A stretch of 63,078 bases of DNA, counting the filler, from Corallochytrium limacisporum Hawaii (Eukaryota; Protista; Pluriformea), in assembly GCA_002811645.1 (NCBI GenBank). It is 4 parts of 4 records of this genome, joined end to end, with 100 filler letters (N's around TTAATTAATTAA, not from the genome) between each part and the next. Parts side by side here need not be neighbours in the genome. Positions count along the whole stretch, not along the records: positions 29,078 to 60,227 come from PDIP01000147.1; 3 more parts are not named here. One strand, 5' to 3'. Position 1 is the first letter of the stretch. The number at the start of each line of letters is the position of its first letter. A model generated the notes under the pieces. It was not told the origin of the DNA. It saw only the letters and a list, made by a program, of their open reading frames with translations, and searched no databases. The translations under genes were made by a program, and so were the position numbers. This document shows, piece by piece, positions 46,736 to 58,485 of this stretch.

Positions 46736-47416
46736 CCTCGATGGTGTGTGATTCCCACCAGGGGTACGTCACCGGTGTTCTATGTCTTCATTTGCTTCAC
46801 GCAATCCTCTTCACTGTGTAGGATGCTATACTTCTATTGGTCCATTGATCTGTTCGGTATCCTCGCCTCCGAACGGTATACTAACTTTTTCAAATGGAGT
46901 CGGCTAATGCCTAGGTCGCAGAATATGAAGGGATGTCTTGGCATGTCCGAAATACCCACATCGTCGCACGAGCTTTCGCGTCGGTCGGACGGTTCTGGGC
47001 GGGTCTCAAAAACTTGGGGAGGACGAGGGGGGGCGGGGAGCCCGAGATTTGCATTAGAACCCCCCCCCCCCCCGGGGGGGGGTGAGAGGGCCGCAAAGAT
47101 TTGGGCCGAAACGGCGAGATTGGGCGGGTGCGCCAAAAGTTAAACACTCTGACTGATTGGATTCCGGGTGAGCGGTTTTTGAGGGTTACGCAAGCTTAGC
47201 GATGCCGATGGAGTTTGCTACTCTCAGACTGTCCTTAACCGATGCGTCTGGCTGCTGTAGAAGTGGCTCACAGGTAGAAGAAGAGAAAAAGCCACCTGCT
47301 CAGTGTCAGATCTGGAACGGCAGAGACTGTCAATCGCGGACAGAGAGAATTTGTTTGAATGGTGCGACGTCATAGCAGTGTCAAATAGTGCGATGTGACC
47401 GACTGAGTATGTAAAG

Positions 47417-49219
47417 ATGGCTGTAAGCACGAAGTCTCGGGCACCAGAACCCGCAAGATCGCAACGAAAGAAGGCCAGACGCACAATTCCAAAGAATGAG
47501 GAAGAGGAAGACATGGCCCAAGATCAGCGAACAAAGGCCCAAACTGGCTTGTACAGCCTTCCCGAGGAAATTCTCGATGTCATTCTTGAATGTACGGGTT
47601 TGCGTACGCCTCGCAGTGCAGAGGAATTGATGCAGGTAACCGCACTTGCCTCCCTGTCTCGGGGTCTTCGTTCTGCCTTCCGAAACTGTGTCTCGGAGAT
47701 CACGCTGAACTACCCAGTCGAACAAGAGTACGATGTCTCCTTGGCAGTTGAATATTGCGCCACCTTCCGCAATCTGCGTCGATTGACACTGATTGACGAG
47801 TCCAAGAGCGCAGATTTTTCCAGTGGCTATCCAGCGCTGCGAAATTCCAGTATTGACACACTCATTATCAATGGCCAGGCCAACTTCAGCGCCGACGATT
47901 TTGACACGCTGCTGCAGATGAAAAAGCTCTCCTGCTTGAAACTTTGGAACTGCAATTCCACCGAAGATTGGTCGGTGTCCCTGCCTACTAAGGAGAGTGC
48001 AGCCTACCGCTCTCGCTCTCTAAGAGAGTTAGAGCTGAGGCACTGTGCCATGGATCAGCTGACGGTTACGCATCGGTCCATTGGTTTCTATCACTACCTT
48101 ACCGAAGTGTTGACCTCACTCGAGAAGCTGACCGTGCGGGCGGTGAAGCGTCGGAGAGGCTCTGGTGCAGGCCATCTACCGTTCATGCTCGGAGGTTTGT
48201 TGACGACCATGAAGAACACGCTGCGAGAGATCAATTTGACGGGCACGGACTTCACCTTCCGTGACGTCGAAATTGAGTGGCCGCAACTGACGCATCTAAG
48301 CCTGAGTCGGGTCAACATCATGCCCATGACTCAGCCATGGAGCCGCACCAACAGTAATACACCGTTCCCGCAGCTGACGCACCTCTCCGTGAATCACGCG
48401 CTGGAGGCCGCGGCAACGTTGTTCTGCTTTCAACGCCAAACCCTGCGACGGCTGGTCGTCCTCGAAGTCATCGATGACGGACCGCGCGATGCCTCACTAG
48501 CAATCAGTCACATCAATCGTGCCCTCTCGCAACCCGTACCAGACGATTCGGACCCACGTCCTTTGCGCTACCTCACGCTTCCCGTGCCGTTCCGCGACCA
48601 GGAACGGGAAACTACTATGCTCCTTCCCTTTCAGCACCGCCTGGCCACGCTTCGACTGACTGGCAGGGCCGACAAATCAGTGTCAAGCTTCACTCTCGAG
48701 ATGCTGCGCTACTGCCGGAGGATAAGTCGTCTGGATATTAGCTACAATGTCGGTATCACATCGAATGTCTTCACACGCATCGTCCGCCGATGGGCTGAAG
48801 TTGACTTTGCTAAGAGACTTCAAGTGCTGAACCTGGCCAGTATCCCGATCACGGATGCCAACATGAAGCAAATTGTGCGCTGCTGCCCAAACCTAGTCAT
48901 GCTGAATCTAAACTACAACACTGAGATCACTGTTGAGGCGGTTAAAGCACTATCAGTATCAGATTCACTGATGCATGTGCTCCTGTTTCGGTGTGAGTTC
49001 GCCAAGAAAACCAAGGGTCGTCCGGATGAATATTTCCGGACCTGTCGGTGCATCTGTGGCGGATACTTTGCGCTCACAGACCTCATGCCTGGTCCCTATG
49101 ACCCGTGTGCTTCGACCTCCCTCGTAAAAGACCCACTTATGGATCAAGCACCGAACACAGAGGAAGAGCTAGACTATGACATTCACAGTGTCCACCGCGC
49201 TATGAAGGCCTTCGTCTAA
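47417..49219 (+). CDS. F-box/leucine-rich repeat protein
   Basis: F-box-like LYSLPEEILDVILE followed by degenerate LRRs (LDISYNVGIT, LNLASIPITD, CPNLVMLNLNYNTEIT). Confidence 0.8.
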   Translation: MAVSTKSRAPEPARSQRKKARRTIPKNEEEEDMAQDQRTKAQTGLYSLPEEILDVILECTGLRTPRSAEELMQVTALASLSRGLRSAFRNCVSEITLNYPVEQEYDVSLAVEYCATFRNLRRLTLIDESKSADFSSGYPALRNSSIDTLIINGQANFSADDFDTLLQMKKLSCLKLWNCNSTEDWSVSLPTKESAAYRSRSLRELELRHCAMDQLTVTHRSIGFYHYLTEVLTSLEKLTVRAVKRRRGSGAGHLPFMLGGLLTTMKNTLREINLTGTDFTFRDVEIEWPQLTHLSLSRVNIMPMTQPWSRTNSNTPFPQLTHLSVNHALEAAATLFCFQRQTLRRLVVLEVIDDGPRDASLAISHINRALSQPVPDDSDPRPLRYLTLPVPFRDQERETTMLLPFQHRLATLRLTGRADKSVSSFTLEMLRYCRRISRLDISYNVGITSNVFTRIVRRWAEVDFAKRLQVLNLASIPITDANMKQIVRCCPNLVMLNLNYNTEITVEAVKALSVSDSLMHVLLFRCEFAKKTKGRPDEYFRTCRCICGGYFALTDLMPGPYDPCASTSLVKDPLMDQAPNTEEELDYDIHSVHRAMKAFV

Positions 49220-51123
49220 CCGTGAGTGAATTCCAACCACTCGCCTTTTCCCCTTTCCTTTCCTGCCATTTCTGGCCCCTAATCATCGTCATCACCATCA
49301 CTGTTTGTTTATCATCAAACGGAAGCGAAGCACCATGCAAGAATTGAAGCCCGGACATGAATCAAGCAGCAAGCTGGTGAAGGTATCAATTGCATTCGAG
49401 AGTCGCGCGACAACAGCCACGGTCCTGGATTGCGCCATACAGATTACGGAGCGACCATGAGCAACGTGCTGAAGGGGTTAGTTGGACCGCACGACGATAT
49501 CAGACTGCTTGTTAAGACATCCGTTGATGATCATCATGATGGTGTTCTGGGCGGATGTTTATGTTGGCGATTTCCTCTGGCTGGGTTGGGAAGACAGCAC
49601 ATGGCATGCCGCACAAACTGATCAGCACCCATCAACAGACCGAAAGGGAAAACAGTAGAACGAATAGTAATCCGCGCTGACGATGTTGTGTACTGATGCA
49701 TTTACAAATCAATAGATGCCAGGCATCTATGTCTCTGTCTCTTGTTCGTTTCGTTGTCCGAAGAAGGAAAGAAATTTTGAAGAAACAACCGCCACCTTCG
49801 AAATCGATTCTTTCTCCCGTGGGCGATTAGTACCGGGCCAACATCCCTGCCAAAAAGAGAACCCGTCAGCAGCCCGCGCCGGTGATTGGCTCCTTGCCGT
49901 TTGCTATGGAAAATCCACTGCTGAGGGGGTCCACGCCAGAAAAGGAGGGATGGGGGCAACGGTGATTGGCTGGCTGAGACCCATGGCAGCAAAAAAACCA
50001 AGGGGAAGCCCAGTACCCAGTGCTTGGTGGGGGAAAACAGGCACGGGTGCGTTGGTCAATGTAATGAAGTCGAAATATAAATTTCAGTATATTAAGTGTT
50101 GGTTTCTAAGGACAGGGGTGGAAGGAGAGGTATCACCTGCTTGGTTTCGGTGGGGTCGCGCATTCCATGGATGGGTTTTCGGCATGAGGGATCCAGTGGT
50201 AAGGACATGTCAGGTCTGAGCAATACGTCTTAGGCTTTCACTATCAACAATGTGATACTTAATATATTAACCATGTGCCGTAGATGTCATATGTAGGGAG
50301 TAGTGGATGTCTCTCTTACACAAAGGCCAGGAAAAGGGCAGAGAGTGTCCGAACACCGCCAACACAACCCACACCACAAAAACCAAAAGTCTTTTGCGGG
50401 GAAGGCTGGGCTGGGCTGGGCTGGGGAAGGAGCCCAAAATTACAAAAAAAAAGAGAGGAACCCACTGTGGCCCCCTTCCTCTTTTCCCCTGCCAGAAAAT
50501 TGTCGAAGCACACGCGCTGGCGGTCCCCTTGGGGCAGAGTGGGGACGAAAGGGAAGCGAGGGAACCGTGGGTCCGTCCCCCCCCCCCGCCGCCGCCCTTC
50601 AACTCTTTTTCTGTGTAGTTTTCTTTTCATTTTTATCTTTGTTGCCATATAATTCTGCCTTTCCTTGGGTAGTGAAGCCGATGCAAGGGAAGGGTCCCAC
50701 TTCTGCCGGGAATGAATCGCCGAAGAGAGAGGGAGAGAGAGAGAGTGTGTGTGCGTGCGCAAGAGAGCGAGTAGCGAAGCGGATTTCGGAGCAGGGCAAG
50801 GGCCAGGTGTTTGATGTTTTCTCCCTTCCGGTACGAAACACAGGGGACAAGACAACTAAACAAAAAGACTTTTTGCTGCTGTCCGCCACAAAACCATATC
50901 TCATCTCTCTCCTGGTCTGTGCGTCAGGCCCCTCAATTTCTGCTGACAGTGCGTGGATAGAGGGAAAAGTTGGAGACAAGGGAAGAAGAAAATGGGCGCC
51001 TGGGTTTCGCTCCCTATCAATCCCATAATTGACGAGTTCCTATACTTAAAGTATGGTATTTTTAAACGCTAACGGATCCGAAGGGAGTCGTGCCAACAGT
51101 ATCGAGAAGGCGGTCCCCCTATC

Positions 51124-51154
51124 CAAGAGAGACAGAGAGCGTTGAGAGAGAGAG

Positions 51155-51233
<79 letters not shown>

Positions 51234-51240
51234 GAGAGAC

Positions 51241-51277
<37 letters not shown>

Positions 51278-51307
51278 GAGAGAGAGAGAGAGAGACGGAG
51301 AGAGAGA
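51124..51307. repeat. (GA)n microsatellite with a short (CA)n insert
   Basis: Directly visible. Confidence 0.97.
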
Positions 51308-52799
51308 ATTGAAAAAGCGGGGCAGAGCGTGTTTCTAAGCGTAGCCACTCCGTTGAAATGGCCTGCCTTGTCACCTATATCTCTCTCGTGCCCGTTGTCC
51401 ACCACCTGACATGTCTCCTCCTCGAGGCACCCTCTCCCCCCAACCCCGCCGTGCTACCTCTCGTTACCCAGACAGTTACCACCGTCGCGTTCTTCCTATT
51501 TCGTGTGTGTGTGTGTGTTGTTTTATTTGGCCTAATGATCTCGCGCTTGCCGTGGCATGCCGACAGCGCATGCTGCCATGCATGCATGCATGCGAGGCAG
51601 TATTCCTACGGTAGGTCGTTGGCCCACCCTCCGCGTTACGTCCTTCGTCCTCTCTTCCTCGTCACCAACAAACCACCTCCCGGGGGACCGGGGTTACTCC
51701 TTCCTCCCCTCATCCACCAGGCGCGGGCGCTGGTTACGTTGCTGCCCGGGGGGAGGGGGGGTGGGGCCTGCAAAAACCTTCTCCCCTCTTTCCCTTACCT
51801 CGTACTTTTCCTTTTTTTTTTCTTTCTCTGTTTCCCGTTTGCTCTTTCTCTTGGTGTTTTATTTTTCCTTTTTTTTTCTGAAACTCTTCGTTGTCTAGAC
51901 TTGGTTGCTCCGGCTCTGACTCCTGTCTCCCGGGAGAAAAAAATCGTAATCGATGAAGTGTGGACACCGGGGGGCCGTTGCGCGTTGCTTCGGTGCCGAG
52001 AGTGTGGCCGCCGAGGAGGGTGGTGTGGTGTGATGGTGTGATGGTTGGTGTCCAGACGCAGGAGAAAAGGAGGAAGAGGGGGGATGGACGAAACCTAAGG
52101 GCCGGTTTCCTTTGTTGTTGTTGTTGTGTGTGCGTGTGTGGTTGTGTCCCTCATTTCTTCTTGTTGCTCCGCGCGGGGTGCCCCGAACCAGAACGGCCGC
52201 AAGCACCCCGTTTTTCGGAGGAGGGCGGTGTGGGACGACGCGGCCCCTCCCCTGGGGGGGGGGGGGGGGACGACGCGGCCCCTCCCCTGGGGGGGGGGGA
52301 GGGGGGGGGGTGCCTAAACACCACCTCCCCTACTCTCCCCGGTCATCCTCCCTCTCCCAAACCCTCGCCGGCCTCTTGGTCTGTGTTTTCCTCGCTCACC
52401 AACAAAAGCCCACAACCCCCCCCCCCGGGGGGGGACCGTCTCTGCGAGGGGAGCAACGGAAAATCTGCGGAAAGGGAGGCGGAGGTGGTCGAGAGGGCCC
52501 GTGGTGTTCGGTGGGACCCAGCAGGCAATGGAATAAGGCCGGAAGAAATGTTATAAAGACACCGGGCAACAACGACAACGAAAAGAAAGCGAGGGAGGAT
52601 GGGGAGAGGCGTAGGGGGAGAGTGGGTCGGTTGGGAAGGGGGGAAAAGGAGGGAGGACAACACAGAGCGGGGGCGGTGGTGATGCGGTTGAGACCCCCCT
52701 TGCTCTCCCCCCCCCCCCGCCATAGAGACACGTACAGAGAGCATGGAACGAAAGAAAGTGGAGAAAGAGAGAGTACCGAAAGAGTGGTGGAGGGATGGG

Positions 52800-52803
52800 G
52801 AGA

Positions 52804-52892
<89 letters not shown>

Positions 52893-52898
52893 GGAGAG
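52800..52898. repeat. (GA)n microsatellite
   Basis: Directly visible. Confidence 0.97.
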
Positions 52899-53679
52899 TG
52901 AGCGTTGGAGTCTTCCAACTTCCTAAAAACACATAAATTGCCCCACGGGTCTCACAGGTGAAATTTTTACTTCTTTTTTTGCTTGTGGGCGGTGTGGTGT
53001 GCCATGTTCCGTTTCCGTGGACAAAGAGTTTTTTTTGGGTAGTAGTGCCTGGGTAATGGTTCCGTGTCTTTGGTTTCGCTGCTGTTCTCTGGTTCTGTAC
53101 CCTTGCGGGGCGAACGGTTCAAGCACCATGGGTGAACTAAGGAACAGTAACAACTGAAAGTGCTTTCTTCATAACCAAAGAGTGCTAATGAATGGCGAGA
53201 GCATACCAAATAGTTTCAAGTATTATGTGTTTTGGTAGACTAAAGGTACATCAGAAGAACTAGGATTGCTCGATTGGTTTGGGTATGAACATCGTCATAG
53301 TTACCAAGACACTTATCTAACGCACAAGGGTTGTTGTGTGCAAGACCCAAGCGCAAGTTTTAAAGAATTGAATGATCGCAAATTTTCGAACAGTGTAATA
53401 TAGTGACAGGAGATTGTGAGCGTACATATTGATTGAGAGGCAAATATGGGATACCTCCGCCGAATTTATGGGTACGATTGAAAGATATTTACGCCGCAAG
53501 GATTGAGCAAGAAGTCACTACTCCTGTACGGAACACTTTCGCATCGGAAAGTTATTCAAGAGGGAAAGAAAGCTTTCTGTTTGTACATATTTAAACAATC
53601 AACTGCCTGCACGTTCAGTTGCAACCGGCAGTTGAATACAGTCAAAGTGAGGGACCTAACAGACCACGTATCTACGGCG

Positions 53680-56600
53680 ATGGCGCCGAAGCCCCAGCGT
53701 CGGGCAACCCTTAAGGGGGCGCCACCACCGCCACCGCCGTTGGAAGAGCCCGGCAGTCAACCCTTTTTGCCGCCACGTGCGAGCGTCAACGGATCCGCGA
53801 CCGACTCGGAAAGTCTGCGGTCGAATAGCGAGGAAACAGTGCGGGAACAGAAGCGCTGTGTTGTACGTCTGCGCCTGCCCGCGGGCACAAGTGCTTTCGC
53901 GGCCACAGCAGAGAAGACAATCTACCATACCCTACGGGACCAACTCAAGTCAAAAATGGTGGACATTGCCACACACGGCATTTACCACGCAGACACATAC
54001 AAACCTGTTGAATTGCTCAAAACCATGGAGTCGATTCATGGCAAAGAGTTGTTGGTGTGTCCGTTGGGTGGGCTGTTCCTGATCAATATCAGCCTCGGAA
54101 GGCAAATTCGGAAAACCTGCCTGTTGGACGGTACAGCACCGGAACTGTATCTGAAAGTCAGCCAACTAACCGGCATGCCCGTTTCGGACCTGGATTTACA
54201 ATTCAGCGACGGGTCAAAACCGGTCAAACTGGACTCTAGCCTCGAAAAATATGCAAAGAAACCAAAGGACGATGCACGGCTCATCAAGGTCAAGGTACTG
54301 CTCAAGAAGCAGGATGAAGAACTGCTGTCCGAGGAGCGTGACTCATTTGGCCAGCTTGTCACGGCCTTCCACAAGGGTGTAAGCAGAGCCGGCAGCGAGG
54401 AAGAGTTGGATTTCATGGACTTCCTGGCGGACACAGACCTGCGTCAACCTCCCAAGATCAAGCGCCTTCACGTCCTCCAGGAACTCATCGAAACGGAACG
54501 CAGTTATCTCAACTCTGTCCGGCAATGTATGGAGTTCTACATGCGACCCATGGTGGCCCAGAAGGTTATCACTAAGGCACAGTCCAACTCATTATTCAGT
54601 AACATGGAGGCACTCCTGGGCATCAACGAGGCTTTATTACGTGACATCCTGTCGCGCGTTCCTGAATCCAACCTTGGGGACACCCAGATTGGTGACCTTT
54701 TCCTGGCCTTTGCGCCATATCTGAAAATGTATAAGGTGTACTTTAGCACTCACGCCGAAGCCCAGAATCAACTTGCTGGCATGGTCAGTATGAACGATCA
54801 GCTGGCGCAGTTCCTCAAGGAGCGTGGTACATTTGGAGTACCAACCATGGACAGTCTGCTGCTCATGCCCATTCAGCGTGTGCCGCGATACAGTCTGATG
54901 CTCCAGCAGATGCTCAGAGCCACTGGGGAGGATCATGCCGACCTGCACGCACTGGAAGCCGCTGTGACGGAAATCGGAGGCCTGACCAAGGACCTCAACG
55001 AAAGTGTAAAGAAGATTGAGAACCAGGTCAAGCTCATGGAAATTGAGCGGGGCTTCCCATCCGACGTACTGTCCCTACTGGACACCATGAACGTTGGTAC
55101 AGTACGTGTCTATAACAATCGTCGATCGACGATGACGCCAAATGACTCCCTTAGCTCCGCAGATCTCGCCGAGTTGGTAAATGGTAAGCGTGGACAGTCA
55201 CCGTCACTCAAACGTCGACTCTTCGGCGGAGGCAACAGTGCCACCAATGGCACCCGGTCCAGTGGACGTGGATCGGTCCACAGCGGCATGGGTGTTGTTG
55301 AGGAAGGGCAGGTCAACGGCCAACAGCGCATCATGCGCAACATTGGCAATCCCTTTGACGTCAACGAAGCAAGTCGCTGGTTTGTCATCGAGGGACCTGC
55401 GATGGAGGCAGTCACAGGCGACTTTAAACAGCGCCAGCGCCATCTGTTCCTGTTCAGTGATTTATTGGTCGTGGCCAACCGCAAAGGACAGCTCGCCAAC
55501 GGGAAGCCGTCGTACCGTCTGCAGTCGTGGATGCCCCTCCACGAGCTCTGGGTCGCCGACGAAGCCGTGCAATTAGATCAGAAGTCTCTGGTCGTCGGCT
55601 GGCCCGGCAGTGAGTTTACGTTCACGTTCGAGAACAAGACCGAGAAACAGATCTGGGTGGCTAAGCTCAAAGAATGGGTCACCAAGGCAAAGGGTGATAA
55701 CTACACTAAAGGTTTGGTCAAGGTCTTTGGAGACCTCTTGATTCCTCCCAATTTGCTCGGTAAAGGTGACATGGTCGACAACATGTCCTCCTGCGATGAT
55801 CTCATCAAGAAGGTTGCCCCCAAGCTCTTGGGCAAGAAGACGGGAGTGGACTTCAAGTCGTATTGCCTGTGGGCCATGATCCCGGGCCCCCAGTCGAAGC
55901 TCAAACGTCTCAACAACTACGAGTGCCCTTTGCTGCTCACGCAGTTTTGGGAGCGTCTGCACAGCGAAATGGTTTCACTCAGCGGGGACGCCCTCCTCGA
56001 TCCCGCGCTTGTGCCCACCCCGGGCGCCGCGACGGATACCGCCACAAGAAAGCGTGCCGTGCTGTACCTGAGGCACGTAGCGGATGTCCGCGATGTCGAC
56101 CCAGAGAATGTGCGTGCGGCTGCAATGCAGAACCCCGACGACATCATTGCGGCAATCGGAGAGAGTGCCGCAGCAGACCGTGTGAATAACGCGACCAAGT
56201 CCGGTGCGGAACTCGGCGGCAGTCTCAAGGTTGGCAACAAGGGCTCACAGCAAGTTCCTTCTGGCCCCGCTACGGTGGGCCGTGGTGGTACCATCCGCGG
56301 CAAACTCGCCAATCTGTTCGTGAAAGACTCGTCGAATTCCACTGCTGATCCCAGTAAGCTGTTGCGTGGAAACTCAAGCCTCCTCGAGGCCGAGGAAGCC
56401 TCCGACGGACTCTTTGGTCTGCCCTTGCCCAAGGTGTGCGTGGACGGCAAGCCACCGAAGCCCATCTACGACATGCTGGACACCCTCTGGGACAATGCCC
56501 CAGGCTGCCAGGGCGTGTTCCGTCGCAGTGCTAATGCGCGCGTGGTACGTGAGCTGTCCGAAAAGATGGATGCTGGTGAGACGGAAATTTCCTTCCGCGA

Positions 56601-57129
56601 TGAGAATGTTCTGGCGGTCGGCGCTGCCCTGAAGAGTTACCTGCGGTCCATTCCGGACTCGCTCTTCAACACGGTCAACTACCGCAAATTTATCGACACC
56701 AACGCCATTGCAGGTGATGATCAGCGCGTTGTGGAACTCAGCAACTTGCTGGCCAAGTTGCCGGATGAGAATCGCCTGCTCATTCGCTTGATTGTTCACG
56801 TTCTGAAGCATGTCGCTGCCAAGCACGAGTCAAACTTGATGGATGCCAGCAACTTGGGTATTTGCGTCGGACCGTCTATGATTTGGTCCCAAGACGCTAT
56901 GGATATGGCCCGCAATGACGTTGCTCCGTTGATTGAATTCATGATTGACTGTGCTGACCAACTTTTCCCGGACTTCACACGCGAGGAGCTCATCCTTGTT
57001 GGAGAACCCGAGACGGACCCCGAATCAGACGCAACCAACACCACGGCCGGAGTCGAGGTCAAGGGGGAGGACGCCCCCAACCAGGTCGGCACCCCACTGA
57101 TTGAGATCCCGGAGGATGCTGAGTTCTGA
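53680..57129 (+). CDS. Multidomain Rho regulator: RBD/ubiquitin-like + DH (RhoGEF) + PH + RA + RhoGAP (ARHGAP20/TAGAP-like)
   Basis: First ATG at 53680 (MAPKPQRR). DH motifs ELIETERSY and LLLMPIQRVPRY; PH motif RHLFLFSDLLVVA...VVGWP; RhoGAP motifs LFGLPL, GVFRRSAN (Arg finger), ALKSYLRSIP and NLMDASNLGICVGP. Confidence 0.92.
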   Translation: MAPKPQRRATLKGAPPPPPPLEEPGSQPFLPPRASVNGSATDSESLRSNSEETVREQKRCVVRLRLPAGTSAFAATAEKTIYHTLRDQLKSKMVDIATHGIYHADTYKPVELLKTMESIHGKELLVCPLGGLFLINISLGRQIRKTCLLDGTAPELYLKVSQLTGMPVSDLDLQFSDGSKPVKLDSSLEKYAKKPKDDARLIKVKVLLKKQDEELLSEERDSFGQLVTAFHKGVSRAGSEEELDFMDFLADTDLRQPPKIKRLHVLQELIETERSYLNSVRQCMEFYMRPMVAQKVITKAQSNSLFSNMEALLGINEALLRDILSRVPESNLGDTQIGDLFLAFAPYLKMYKVYFSTHAEAQNQLAGMVSMNDQLAQFLKERGTFGVPTMDSLLLMPIQRVPRYSLMLQQMLRATGEDHADLHALEAAVTEIGGLTKDLNESVKKIENQVKLMEIERGFPSDVLSLLDTMNVGTVRVYNNRRSTMTPNDSLSSADLAELVNGKRGQSPSLKRRLFGGGNSATNGTRSSGRGSVHSGMGVVEEGQVNGQQRIMRNIGNPFDVNEASRWFVIEGPAMEAVTGDFKQRQRHLFLFSDLLVVANRKGQLANGKPSYRLQSWMPLHELWVADEAVQLDQKSLVVGWPGSEFTFTFENKTEKQIWVAKLKEWVTKAKGDNYTKGLVKVFGDLLIPPNLLGKGDMVDNMSSCDDLIKKVAPKLLGKKTGVDFKSYCLWAMIPGPQSKLKRLNNYECPLLLTQFWERLHSEMVSLSGDALLDPALVPTPGAATDTATRKRAVLYLRHVADVRDVDPENVRAAAMQNPDDIIAAIGESAAADRVNNATKSGAELGGSLKVGNKGSQQVPSGPATVGRGGTIRGKLANLFVKDSSNSTADPSKLLRGNSSLLEAEEASDGLFGLPLPKVCVDGKPPKPIYDMLDTLWDNAPGCQGVFRRSANARVVRELSEKMDAGETEISFRDENVLAVGAALKSYLRSIPDSLFNTVNYRKFIDTNAIAGDDQRVVELSNLLAKLPDENRLLIRLIVHVLKHVAAKHESNLMDASNLGICVGPSMIWSQDAMDMARNDVAPLIEFMIDCADQLFPDFTREELILVGEPETDPESDATNTTAGVEVKGEDAPNQVGTPLIEIPEDAEF

Positions 57130-57353
57130 ATCGACAAGAGCAGAAAGAGACAGCCACGCAGTCCATAAAGAGTAGAGTGCACGATAAATCTGAGATCCCC
57201 TTCTCTTTCAAAGGTCCAACTACAAAAGGCCAACTGTTGGAACCTTTGCTTTGTGTTCTGAAAATTGTAAATAAAACTTAATAATAATAATGCAATGTTG
57301 TGCGCTGTGTATGACGTTCCCATTGCCATGCAAAAGAACCCCGCTTTGCGTCC

Positions 57354-57452
57354 TGTGTGTGTTGTGTGTTGTGTGTTGTGTGTTGTGTGTTGTGTGTTGT
57401 GTGTTGTGTGTTGTGTGTTGTGTGTTGTGTGTTGTGTGTTGTGTGTGTGTGT
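57354..57452. repeat. Heptanucleotide (TTGTGTG)n array, about 12 copies
   Basis: Directly visible downstream of the RhoGAP gene. Confidence 0.95.
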
Positions 57453-57901
57453 GCTTGTTCTGCAAAGTTTGGCAAATGACAGGACAATGAACCGAATACC
57501 TGAGCACATTGGAATCTGACACCTTCACGAATTTGACCATGCTAGAATCATGCTCCCGCTCTGTGTTCGAAGGGATCATGCTCTGATGCACGCATATACT
57601 TTCCGAGCAATTGCAAGAAAGTGCAACAACAAGAAATGCACAGAGATGGAGAAAGTTTGATTTGATGTATGTGGTATAGCGGCATACCGCGTACTTCCTT
57701 GTTCGTTGTTGTCAGAAGTCAAGGATGAGTACCGTAACATGCCACACAAGCATACACGACCAAACAAAATCCCGTTATCCCAGTTTCAAGATCCGCTCAC
57801 AGTCCGAGTGTGCGTGTTCCATGGTCTCGTGAACTGTGCCTCTTTCCCGGCTCCCGTCAAGGTGTGTTGTGTTTGTGATCATGCTCAAGGATGAAATACT
57901 C

Positions 57902-57928
57902 ATGATGATGATGATGATGATGATGATG
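57902..57928. repeat. (ATG)n trinucleotide repeat
   Basis: Nine tandem ATG units. Confidence 0.95.
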
Positions 57929-58011
57929 TGTGAGATGTTGCTAATCCTCCCGTAAGCTGAATGTTACCGTTCGGAAGCTTGATAAAAGAACGCTATACCC
58001 AAGCCCGAACT

Positions 58012-58485
58012 TCACTGCTTCTGAGGCACAGGCGCCTCGGGAATCTCAGGCAGCTGCGGCTGGTACTGTGCAGCCGTCATGCGAGTCACCGCAATACCGA
58101 TACCCTCAATAAGAGCCAGCAGAATACCCCCGATCGCAGCGCTCTTCAGGGAGGCGCTCACACCGGAGCGGGCAGCCAGCACACCACCGGTGGCTGCACC
58201 ACTCATGATTGAGTTCCAGGGGTCCTCAGTGCGACGGACCGCAGCGAAAGTGCAGTCAAATGTCGAGAACAGACCGCCCCAGGCGGCAAAGTTCCCTCCG
58301 AGAACCGGACCACGGGCCTTGGCGGCAGACAGAGCACCGCGCAGGGCCTGACCCTTGGGGCTGTGGCGGAAACCCTTGTAGAAATGGACCATTGAGCCAC
58401 CAATGGCACCCAGGCTAAAGGCACCACCCAGATCATCGAGGATGCGGTATGGGCAAGGGTCGCGGGCGTGCTCAACTTCGCTCAT
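58012..58485 (-). CDS. TIM17: Mitochondrial import inner membrane translocase subunit Tim17
   Basis: [46 protein letters not shown] and [10 protein letters not shown]. Confidence 0.97.
   Translation of the reverse strand: MSEVEHARDPCPYRILDDLGGAFSLGAIGGSMVHFYKGFRHSPKGQALRGALSAAKARGPVLGGNFAAWGGLFSTFDCTFAAVRRTEDPWNSIMSGAATGGVLAARSGVSASLKSAAIGGILLALIEGIGIAVTRMTAAQYQPQLPEIPEAPVPQKQ

Noticed and set aside
52232-52310. Duplicated GGGACGACGCGGCCCCTCCCCTGGGGG unit
   Set aside because: Two copies bounded by poly-G, so a plausible assembly stutter. It cannot be supported as an element.
53503-53679. 59-aa N-terminal extension of the RhoGEF/GAP ORF
   Set aside because: It starts at TTG. The first in-frame ATG at 53680 is the likely eukaryotic start.
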